From the NCBI GenBank assembly GCA_965202585.1, contig OZ241826.1, forward strand, positions 26,474,001 to 26,538,000: a stretch of DNA of 64,000 nucleotides, in the 5' to 3' direction. Below are positions 1 to 10,700 of this stretch, one piece after another. The DNA comes from Thalia democratica (Eukaryota). Numbering within the stretch: position 1 is the first letter of the stretch; every line of letters begins with the position of its first letter. Position numbers and translations under genes: made by a program. The notes under the pieces are model-generated. The model saw nothing but the letters and a program-made list of their open reading frames with translations. It was not told the DNA's origin and searched no databases.

Positions 1-73
1 TATTTTCTTACTGATTTAATCTATGTAAACACAAGGGTACACTTGTCTTAAAACTGTAGTTTACGCTTGGGCT
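1..73 (+). repeat. Pre-gap sequence identical to 10001-10073
   Basis: tattttcttactgatttaat...ttacgcttgggct occurs at 1-73 and again at 10001-10073. Confidence 0.95.
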
Positions 74-173
74 NNNNNNNNNNNNNNNNNNNNNNNNNNN
101 NNNNNNNNNNNNNNNNNNNNNNNNNNNNNNNNNNNNNNNNNNNNNNNNNNNNNNNNNNNNNNNNNNNNNNNNN
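74..173. other. Assembly gap (100 N, placeholder-size scaffold gap)
   Basis: Run of exactly 100 N. Confidence 0.99.
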
Positions 174-1384
174 AACACACATGTATATTTATTACAAATG
201 CGCTACGTATACATACCTGCCGTGGTCGATTTCCTTATCTTTCGGACCGTACGTTGCCATCAGTTGGGCTTCCAAATCGCAAACCGGCTTCCTGGCTGTT
301 GTGACTGCGTGTATTGGAGTAAAAGTTATTAGACAACCGAGAAATAAATGCGCACAGTATAAGCTTTTGAGTAGTTGTAATTATAGTTTTTTTTTTGAAA
401 TTCCGACAATTTAAGTTACTTACTAATAATATAGGTTCACATGATAAAGATATACTCAAATTAAAAAGTTTAAAGTAAAGTGCTATAGTTCATTTTTAAG
501 CATATTGAACGACCTAATCTCAAAAAATCATTAAAAATAGCTTACTATAATGCCTGCAAAGTTATTTGTAGTAATAAACTGTTTAAATTACAAAAATCAG
601 CGTAAATTCTAGTTCCATAAACTTATAATACCTTAAAAAGAATATTCAAAATAAAAAATCCATACAACTAAAACCCCACCTCTCGAGTTTGCCCCCATCT
701 TTCCCAGGTAGTTGCTCCTCAGCGGCTTCTGTTTTGGCGGGAACATTATGTGGTCTTCCCGCCACATCAGCTGGGCGTGATCGTCCCACTTGGAAGCCTC
801 CTTGTTGTTTTTGATGGCGAGCGCCCTCATCTGGATGCGCTTCGACTCCGGCTTGCTCGGTTCGGCCTGCAACGTTTTCTTGTTCTTTTCAAGCATCTCC
901 ATCTTTCTTTTCATTTGGTCGCCTGAAAATAAGAAAGTTAATTCTAAACTCAAGGTTTTTTATTTGTTAAAGGACGAAAAATTATATTCATCAAATTTTA
1001 AAAAGTAAATAGTAACTGAATTTCTTTAAATATTCAACTAAAACACTTACCACTGTTTTATTATACATATAAGAGGATAACTTTTTAACAGAAACTTCTT
1101 AAACTTAATTACTTTACAACTTTAAATGATTAAACTTTTGTAATTAATAGTGTTCTTAGATTAGGTTTTGTGTTTAGTCTAATTTACACTTATTTATCAT
1201 TTACAGTCAAAAACTTGCTATATAAAAAAGCAATAAGATTAATTAAACAAACTAATTGAATTATTTTCTAAAATAGAAGAAAACATAGCTTAGTTAAAGT
1301 TTAGTTCTGAAAAGTTAGTATCGTTTAACAAACTATAAAATAATATTTGTTTTAACGTTCTTGAACTATGATAAACAAGTTTAA

Positions 1385-1955
1385 GGGCATAGGGTAGTGT
1401 CTGACGATTATTTTTACTAAAAATAACATTGGATCTTATATGAAAGCCACATATGAAAGTACGTACTACAAGCCAGTTTTTATAGAATTAAAAAATCATA
1501 TTTAACTTTTAATATATTGTAATCTTTGTATAAAGCTTCTGATAATACGTTTAGACCGCAATTTTTTGTATTCAATATTCTCAGAAATTTGAAAAACCAC
1601 TAAAAATCTATCTTCTTCTTTATTTTTTGAGCTAGAGACATCAGACTTTCAGGAAACGATCATTTTATAGTTTAAAAGGCTTTAAATGTTGCAATTTTCA
1701 AAATATGAAAAAATATAATTTTTAGAATAAAAAAAAAGAAAAAAAGTTTTTTTTTTTATGAAAATTTTATTTTTGAAAAAGCGGTTTTGGTTTGTGCTTT
1801 CCATCAGAAACTTATTAACATCACCGACTTTGATTGCTTTTATATCAAAAATTACTTTGAGTTTATTAAAGCGATTAAAAATGACTGATAGCGCAGATAA
1901 AACTGTATAAAATAAAATCAACTTGTAAAAATCAAGGTGACCACCCCCTATGCCC
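1385..1955. mobile_element. Non-autonomous DNA transposon (MITE) with TTAA TSD and GGGCATAGGG TIRs, Kolobok-like
   Basis: TTAA|GGGCATAGGG ... CCCTATGCCC|TTAA. TTAA TSD with purine-purine termini fits Kolobok rather than piggyBac (CCC termini). Confidence 0.75.
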
Positions 1956-2173
1956 TTAAATCATAAGCACATAGTTTCAAAACATTCTATTTAAAATGTT
2001 TAATTAATTTAAATTTATAAAATAGTATTTTATTTTTTCAATAAAGCAAGACTAAATTAAAGGAAACCAGAAAAACTCATTTGGTGATAACATTAATTTA
2101 TTGAAAAAAAAACCAAAATTTGGAATGAAGTAAGAACCAAGCTTCAAAAAACCTATACACAAAAATGAATTAA

Positions 2174-2681
2174 GGGCATAGGGGGGTTATTCACTATTTT
2201 CACAATTTAGTCTTATTTTAAAGAGTTTTAAATAAGCTACAAAATGCTTTTTACAGATTTTTAAAGTTTAAATATTATTTGAGATATAGCAGGCCAAAGT
2301 CAGGGGCAACAATAGGTTCCTTATGGGGGGTGCAAACTATAACCGCAAAAACAGTTTTGTTTTTTATCATAAAATTTTTATTTTTTTAATTTCTTCAAAT
2401 TTTCTTTTGACAAAGTTTTCTAAATATTGCAAGAACCATTTCCTAAAAATTTGAGGTAGTTATCTTAAAAAACGTAGAAGATGAATTTTTAGTGATTTCT
2501 AGTTATTTGTTGTTTTAGTTTGCGCCCCCCATAAGTAACCAATTGTTGCTTCTGACTTTGACCTGCTGTATCTCAAAGATTTTTCTGAGTTTTAAAAACA
2601 TGTAAAAAGCAACTTGAAGCTTAGTTAAAACTCAATAAAATAAGACTAAATTGTGAAAAGGTGATTTATCACCCTATGCCC
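2174..2681. mobile_element. Second TTAA/GGGCATAGGG MITE with ~170 bp imperfect TIRs, Kolobok-like
   Basis: Same termini and TTAA TSD. The left arm (ttttcacaatttagtcttatttt..gcaggccaaagtcag..ttatggggggtgcaaact) mirrors the right arm (agtttgcgccccccataag..ctgactttgacctgc..aaaataagactaaattgtgaaaa). Confidence 0.8.
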
Positions 2682-3366
2682 TTAAATATGAAAGAATTTT
2701 GCTTATTTATGTAAATTAATGAAAACATGATAAGGATCTAAATATCTTAAAATTTATGAAAACATAAAAGTTAAATGTACATTTTAAATGTAATAAATTC
2801 TGAAATTCTATAATATTAGTAAAAAAGTTATGAAGACTACTACAACAAAAAAAGTAAGCAATGAAACAAATAAAAGTTTATATTGACAACAACATTTTAT
2901 AAATTATCTGTTTGCATATATTTATGCAATCTATAATAACGAAAACTATTAGTATATAAACAATTAAATCGCCTACCTTTAACATTTCCCTCTTCAAATA
3001 TGTCACCAAAAGCAGTGTCACTTTCATTTAACACCGGACCGTCAACCAAAGTCCTGCGTCTTTTGTTAGTGGCTTGCTTCTCTTCCTCCTCCTTTACAAT
3101 TTAAAGAGTTTATTTTTTTTTTACCTTAGGGGCAAAGAATTACAAATTGTTATTTTGGTCAAAAATGGACTAACTTTTACATATTCTTATTCAGAATAAA
3201 TGTTCATACAACTAAAACTAATAACACACTTTCTAATTGGCTACAAGCTTGTGAATAACTTAGAATCATAATCTATTCAAAGAATTTTAAACTGAAAGAT
3301 TTCAGCCCTTTTCAAAAATAAACTTTGACTTGTGATAGAATAAAATAATTAATAAAAATCACTTAC

Positions 3367-6200
3367 AAAAATTATTGTATGATCTTGGGTTCCTCACTCC
3401 TATATCTTAACTCGGTTTCAGAAGGAATTGCATTTTCAAAACTAGATGTTTTCTTCAGATCAGCCTTCTCATAATACCATATAGGCTTGCTCAGTTCATA
3501 TAAGGTTTTTTGGTGATGAGATTTAGTTGATTTTAATATATTTTCTGTTAGAAGTTTAACAATATTGTTAATACTAAGCTTTTACTTGTGTTGGGTACCT
3601 TGATGAAATTTTTCTGTTTACTTAAATTAATTTGTACTTTAAGATATTCATATAAATAGTTGTATGGTTTGCATGCTTCAAAGACTTAATTTAGTAAAGA
3701 TTAATTTAAGTAGTTATAAGCACTAAAGTTCATATATATGAAACATTTTAAATACAGTTCACAAGTAGTTAATGTTCATAACTTTCCAAAACTAGACTAA
3801 GTTCTAAGATACAATTTAGTCTAGCAACATAAGAAGTTTTTACAGCAGTATTATATCAATACTTATTTAGTTAATTAAAACAAATAAAGACTTTAGAAAA
3901 ATTTAAACTTATCATTTTTGTGGCTTAAAACTGAACTTGAAATATCATAATGTAATGATGGTTTTGTTTGATATAAAATATGTTTCACTCAAATATAAGT
4001 AGTTATTTTTCACAGTCATACAAAAATATTTTGTTAATTGTGTCTTTATTTAGCATTCACTCACTATGAACAATATGGCTTTTTGTTTTCTACCTGCTTT
4101 AAAAAGTTGTTACATCAATGACTACAAAAACTCAGTAGTTTTGGCAAACATGGCAAAACGATTCGAACTAAATTATTACTGAAATGAGTTTGAAAAAGTT
4201 AAATGTAACCTGATGAAATTAAAGGCTTTAAGCTAAATATATTAAATCTTATACAAATTGTTAGGTGTTAAACATCTTAAAAACAAATAAAAAACAATTT
4301 CGTAAAGTTTAGAGTTAAATACTTAATTCATATACTTAAATAAAGTTGTCAATGTAATTTATATGAGCATAATGAATTACTGTAGCTTAAATATTAAACA
4401 ATACGTTTAACCAACTATCACTAATGCAGTAAAAAAGGTAGAAATAAAGTTATGTAAAGTACTTTATGTTCAAAAAAGCTAAAAACCACCCTGCTATGCT
4501 AACATAGTGTTTCAACTTGTAGTTTTTGATAAATTCTGTAAATTCTTACATTTTATTGTGACATCACACTAAAATAGTATTTTAGAAAATAATTTTTTTC
4601 AATGAAAATTCTTTTGAGAAAAGCACTTGTAGTAGTAAGAGCTCTGGATGCTGTAGGTGTAAATTTTTACTTTTTTTTCTTTTTTTATGCTGTTTATGTG
4701 AGCTTTGTGGAATACTTAAGCAAACTCTATTTGATTATCAATACTGTTGAAGATAAAACTTGATAATTGTTGCTCATTTTATCTTCTATAATTCTTATTT
4801 TTCTTCACTGAGTGAGTGTAAGTTTAAGACCTAGTTTGGGAATCAACAGTCTTGAAAGTTTATGTTGATAATCTGTATTGTTTTTCTTATGCAAAACCTT
4901 TGAAATGACTCTTTACTTTATCTTCTAATTCATCATATAAAGCACTTTTATATTTACAAGCATGACATGTTAAGAATGCACTTACATCATGCTAAAAAAG
5001 ATCATCAAGAGGCTTTGAAATTTTGCATCTCAGTTTTTTTAATCTTTGAAACACCATTGTAAAGTGAACTGGGTAGAAAAAAGCTCAAAAAAATCTTTTT
5101 GAAAGTCTTTTGAACCTCAGTAAAGTTTTAAAACTTCTGAGCTTGTTTCAAATCCTTTGTCTTTATACGTTGTTACTGTGACTTTTTCCTACATGCAGAG
5201 TTCAGATCACACTTCTTTGGATTCTGATTGGATGATGAGTACCTACTACAGCAGCTGTTGAGGTTAGTTTGTTTAATAGTTAATTAGATTGTTTTAATTT
5301 GTGCAAAACTTAGTATTTTTTGCTATTTCAAGCAGCCAGACTAGTTGAGTCTCTAACAAAATTAAATATTATAGGATATTATAATAAATCTTAAAAAATT
5401 ATATTTTCTACTTGTTAATTGGTGAGTCCTTTTGTCACTTAAAAATTTTTTGAGTGCTCATCCTTGAGTAACATTAAGCTTTAGATGTTATTTAAGTTTT
5501 GCACAAATTCAGACTAGCACTTTCTATTCATGGAGTTGTAAACTTGGCTTATACCATAAACATATATTTGTCGTGTTGGGCTTCATTCTCCTAAAATTGC
5601 TAGGTTACCTTAAAAGAAAACTTAAATAAGGGAATAAATAAAATCATTAAAAAGTAGCAGCACTTGTGTTAAATTTTACAAGCTTGTATAAAGAAGTGTT
5701 GCATTCATGAATGAAGCCCAAAGAGACAGCAAGCTAAGTGTAGAAGTTTATTTACAGCATAAAATTTAAATTCTGGTTGTATTAATGTAGTTTATGTGTT
5801 CATAGATTAATAATTTGTAATAAAAAGTACTTTTCAAAGTGTGCATGAAACATGTTAGGCAAGAGTAATTATAAAACAAATTGTTATTATTAATAAAATT
5901 TTTTACGAAAGAAAACAGTTGAACCATATGAGGATTAAGTTTGCTAGTAAAAAAAGTTCCAAAATTTTAAGCTTACATTCATATATTTACAAAGCAGTTC
6001 ACAGCAAGCAAAATTTAAAAGTTGTTAATTCATATGTGTATGAGGATTGTTCTTACCTTTGTTTAATTTTTCTATTCTTCTATCATTAACTTCTTTCTCT
6101 TCTTTTATCTATCAACAACTTCTTTTGTTCATATGTTTGCACTAATAAGCTTTTGACAACAACTTGCTGTACTGTTTTTTATGTATATGACAAATGTAAA
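3367..6200 (-). pseudogene. Decayed multi-exon gene or TE coding fossil upstream of UTP14 (copy A)
   Basis: Exon-like segments with AG/GT borders: 3544-3367 (..KSHHQKTLYELSKPIWYYEKADLKK..PKIIQ*, premature stop) and 5733-5680 (LAVSLGFIHECNTSLYKL). There is also a long stop-riddled frame near 4.7-5.2 kb (SALYDELEDKVKSHFKGFA*). Family not recognised. Confidence 0.5.
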
Positions 6201-6930
6201 GACTAAATTTTGGAACAATATAAATATTAGTTAAATGGTGTTAAATGCAGAGTATTTAAGATGCAAGCATTTGAAAAACTTTGAAAAGAACTACATATGT
6301 TATTGACACAAAGTAGTGTGGTTTAACTGTTTTAGTTTGTAACAATGTATTGAGATGATAAATTCAAAACATCAAGCTCCTTTAATTTCTATGCACACTT
6401 AAAGAAACACACAATATTGAGACAAACTTAACTGTCATGGAAAACTTTAGCTTATGTAAGATGATGACAAGTAAAATGATATACTGTAACAGTATAGAAT
6501 CGAAGTTAAACAAATTTACAGTTATTACTCAAATTAAAAAACTTTAAACTGTTTAGTCTAATCTCAAGCATTTATCTAATATTGAAAAATTTAAGATTTA
6601 TACTGTTTTGAAAAGGTTACTAATTAAAATCAATTTACATAAGCAAGTTAAGTGACTGTTGTTTAAATATACATAGGATACAGTTCAATCATATAAATAG
6701 ATTTGTCAATGTACACATTTAGACTCATATTATTCTTTCTATTTTTATTTGGTACATTTTGTCATAAAAAAGTACACTTATCTATGATATTGATGAACTG
6801 TTTTCTATGTATTTGTAAAATATTAGGTAACTAAGTAGGATGATGTAATATCTGAAACTATATTCATTAAATTTAGGCTCTCTAAACCATAACCATTAAG
6901 TGTGTGGTTTTAACAAAATAAATACATCTC

Positions 6931-7242
6931 TAAGGTACGCATTTTAAGGAGTACGCACTAGTTTTTTAATAGAACCTTTTCTGTTGCAACTATAGGTTTT
7001 CTTTAAAGAGTACGCACCACCCGCACAAGGTACGCGATAAATTTTACGGCCCGCCACCCATTTTTTCAATATGGGGAATCCCCCAAACCGAAAATCGATG
7101 GGAAATTTTTGATGAAGATTATTTAAAATAATTTTTTTAAGGCATTTCGCCGGCTCCGCGAAATTTTTCACATTTTTCCTTTTCCCTTTTTCTCCACGGC
7201 CTTTTTTCTTGAAGGCCACCTTTTTCTGTCAAATGGACCGTG
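6931..7242. mobile_element. Probable DNA-transposon terminus with GTACGCA subterminal repeats
   Basis: GC-enriched block with four (A/G)GTACGC motifs, ending ..aaatggaccGTG. The partner end was not found and the superfamily is unresolved. Confidence 0.4.
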
Positions 7243-7444
7243 AGTAGCGTAACTGCCAAACAAATGTACGTTTGTATATTTGTACGGTCTTTATCTGTTA
7301 TCTTTTACTAACCTTGAGCTTATGTGATCTAACTTATCAGTGTATAACCATTAAAGGCCTGACGGTAATATCGGTTGATAGTTTTTTAGTTATTGACTGA
7401 GTGGTTTTATATTGGTGAGTTTGATTAGTAAGTTTATAGGTAGC

Positions 7445-7549
7445 GGACAAGAATTAAAAAAAAACAAAGGGCTACGGCCGGTCGATGACACGGTGCTTCG
7501 CACCTGTCATCTCCCCGGCCTGCCCTTAGTTTTTTTTTAATTCTTGTCC
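7445..7549. repeat. ~105-nt long inverted repeat (hairpin)
   Basis: ggacaagaattaaaaaaaaac-aaagggc-ggccgg-gatgaca-ggtgc[ttc]gcacc-tgtcatc-ccggcc-gccctt-gtttttttttaattcttgtcc. Confidence 0.9.
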
Positions 7550-7749
7550 TTTAGGCCCGGCCACTATGCTGGTCGGCACCTCCTTGAGTTATGACTTGGA
7601 TGTACGAGTAAATGTGCTAGTACTTCTAAGTCACAACTAAACTTTATTTTCACTAGAAGTTATTAGATAGAACAGACTAATTTTAGTATTTAAATTAATT
7701 AACAGATATAAATTAATATGAGCCACTTGTTTTCTGCAAACTATTTACG

Positions 7750-10700
7750 TCTTAATTTGTCCACACAAAATTAGGTAAATTTACAAATTATTTGCGTTAA
7801 TCGTACAATAGTAAATAAAATAATTTCTTCTTAATTTGTCCACATAAAGGTAGGAAATTTAAAAAATAATCTGCATCAATTATACGAACTTTTCTTTTTC
7901 AGCTATTTTTTCACATTAAGTCCTTAAATTTTATTTTTATTTTACCGTATTGTTACGTCATAATAAGTCTCTTTTTTTAATAATTTATTAGGGTTTTGCT
8001 TCTTATGTAATATGCACGCAAGTTATATTTATAAACTATCTTTTAAAGCAAATAACTTTCTAATAATGGATGAATAACATCAAGATTTACTAGTTTATTT
8101 TTATGTATAACTTCTTACTCATCCTTTAATTAGATCTAACAGACAAACTTTGTTTACTTGTACTTCAAACTTCCTAGATTCCGTTGATCAACCTTGTGTA
8201 TATTCTAAAGTGTTAGTTCATTTAAACAACTTGCTTTAATTTTTTTTTTGTGTTTTCGTCTGTTGTAGTTGCCATGTTTCTTATTTATTGGTTGTTTATG
8301 ATTGCAGGGATGCTTGCTACCACTTACATATGCATAATAAGCAATGAATAACATATTTTTTAATAAATTTCTTGTATTTAAGCATATATGGTAACCAACT
8401 AGTAATGTTTTATTGCCTGGTCTCGTTTGACTTAGTTCAAACGAGTGAAACATTATTTTATTAACAAAATTTATGATATTGAATTGATTGTTCTCCTTAT
8501 TATTTAGTCAAAAACTTTTATTGTGATCTATATTGTAAAAAGTTCACAATACTTTATTGATACTAATAACTACTTTTTATGTTTATTGTAAAATTTAGAT
8601 CATGCCGGGTTGCCGAAAAACCTGGAACTTGTGAAATTTTGAAAAAACCTTGAATTTTAAACAATTTTTACATGTTAAGTAGTAAAATTTTGATTCGACG
8701 CGAACAATCTATCAAATGTATAAATACTTTTTGTCATCTATAATTATTTATTTTAAAATACATTTAAAGTAGCTTCACAGTAATGTTGTTTTACTGTTTA
8801 ACACAGTTTTTTTACGTTAAACTTAACTTTTAATTAAAAATAGACCAATAAACGTGTAATTTGAAAATCTAGAAGAAATCCTGTTGCAACCCTGATCATA
8901 AGTCTTGATTTGATGAAATTAATTTTGATATTAAACAATCGTTATTGTTTGTTTTCCTACTATTTTAATTTGATAGAGCAGTGTTTCTTAATTAAACAGT
9001 TTTGTTCATATAATTTTGTACACTCCCTTACTAAACTTAAGTTAAACAAATATTCAAACTAAAACCAACTCTTATGGTTTTATCATTGATTATCATCTTG
9101 TTGCGCTTGTTTTAACTGTTATATCTATTGCATTAAAAAATATTTATTTCACTCGAAATTCAATGAGATAAAATGTCTATTTAAAGTTACCATCCCGTTT
9201 TAAAAAGTATAGTTTCACGGTCTGTACTACACTTAACCGTTATATACATGGTACCACAAAATCAGGAAAAAGTAGGGGTTTTTAAAAATGTCATGAAATT
9301 TGATATAAACATGCTGTTAATATGAAAGCTTATCATCACTATAAACTGCATTTTGAGAATGTTACTTCCAAAAAAAATTGCACTTCATTTTTTTTCAAGG
9401 TTTAGTTGAATTTTTGGAACAAATTAAAATCTTCTATGACCTCATGTGTGTATTTATTATGTGGTAAAGATACAAGTATTTTGCTTGTAGAGCTTTTTAT
9501 TGCGTATACATTAATAATATACATATGATTCAAATAGTGCAATGGAAAACTTATATGATTGAATCATAAACTGTTGTTAAAACTTATAAAAAACTAAGAT
9601 TAAAAATTTCACATAATTTCAAGTCATTGTTTATGTATTTTTGAATTAAATCCAAAAATCCGTAAATTTTTTTCAACTCGATATGTGACAACCTTGTATA
9701 TGTTTACATTATAAAACTGTCTCTACCTAAACTAAAAATGGCGAATTGACCAGCTTCAAATAATTGTTTTCTAACTGAACACAGTTACGCCAATTAAGTA
9801 ACTGTTTTATTTTTGAGGTCTTGTTTATAATTTTTTAAGAATAGTTTTTGTAGTACGATTAAGCAAAGTTTTTTTTTTGTATACAAGAATGAGCATATTA
9901 TACTTACTTGTCTTGTCAAAATTATATTTTTGCTTAAAAGCATTTAGTATCCTCAAATTCGTATGTTTGTAATGCGTCTACATTTAATTGAAAGATTTTA
10001 TATTTTCTTACTGATTTAATCTATGTAAACACAAGGGTACACTTGTCTTAAAACTGTAGTTTACGCTTGGGCTTTATGTAGCCCAACTAGCTCGTTTCTA
10101 CTATTTCTTTATTTAGTCTACTACTATTATTCTTATCTTTTATTGAACTTTCAAGTCGTTTTAAAAGGTTAGTTTTGGTAGATTTTTTTAAGGTAAGTTG
10201 TGTATTCTGCCTTAATTACGTAAGAAGTATCGATAAAGTAATGTAATCATAGCATCATAAAAAATATTGGATAAGGTGCCTCTTAATTAAATAACACATA
10301 TGTATGTGGCAATTAACTCTTTTTTTTATTTAATTGCTGCGTATTTAATTAAACTAGTATCAAAATTACAATAAATTCTTAATACTTAATCATTAATTTT
10401 TATCATTTTGTGCTGGTTTATATGATTATTTCTAGTTTTATGTCACAAACAACATATATTTATCTTTGAATTTAAAAAATTAAACTGTTTCTTTCAAGTA
10501 ATAATTACAGTTGAAATACACTTAGAGGCTTTATAAGTTTAAAGGTTTTGTTTTTCAGCTGTAATTTATGTTGTGCCATTTAAGCCAAACTTTTGGTCTA
10601 CAAGGTTGTGTTTACCAAACATTATGTTTGCTAATGTCTTATCTAAGCACAAACTTGCTGTTTAGTAATTTAAAAGAATTAAATCTCCCTAGTTCGTATT

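Larger units (their letters stand above)
217..3091 (-). pseudogene. UTP14: UTP14 copy A: exons 2-4 only; ATG exon deleted, 3' part lost in the gap
   Basis: Exons 3091-2977 (EEEEKQATNKRRRTLVDGPVLNESDTAF..), 922-680 and 304-217 are open. The ~930 bp block carrying exon 1 in copies B and C is absent (junction ggtcaaaaa|tggac near 3165). Confidence 0.7.

Noticed and set aside
67-414. 115-aa ORF at the window start
   Set aside because: It spans the N gap and the antisense of a UTP14 exon; artifact.
8205-8453. 82-aa ORF, possibly a LINE/CR1 remnant
   Set aside because: No convincing RT or endonuclease motif; low-complexity and AT-rich.
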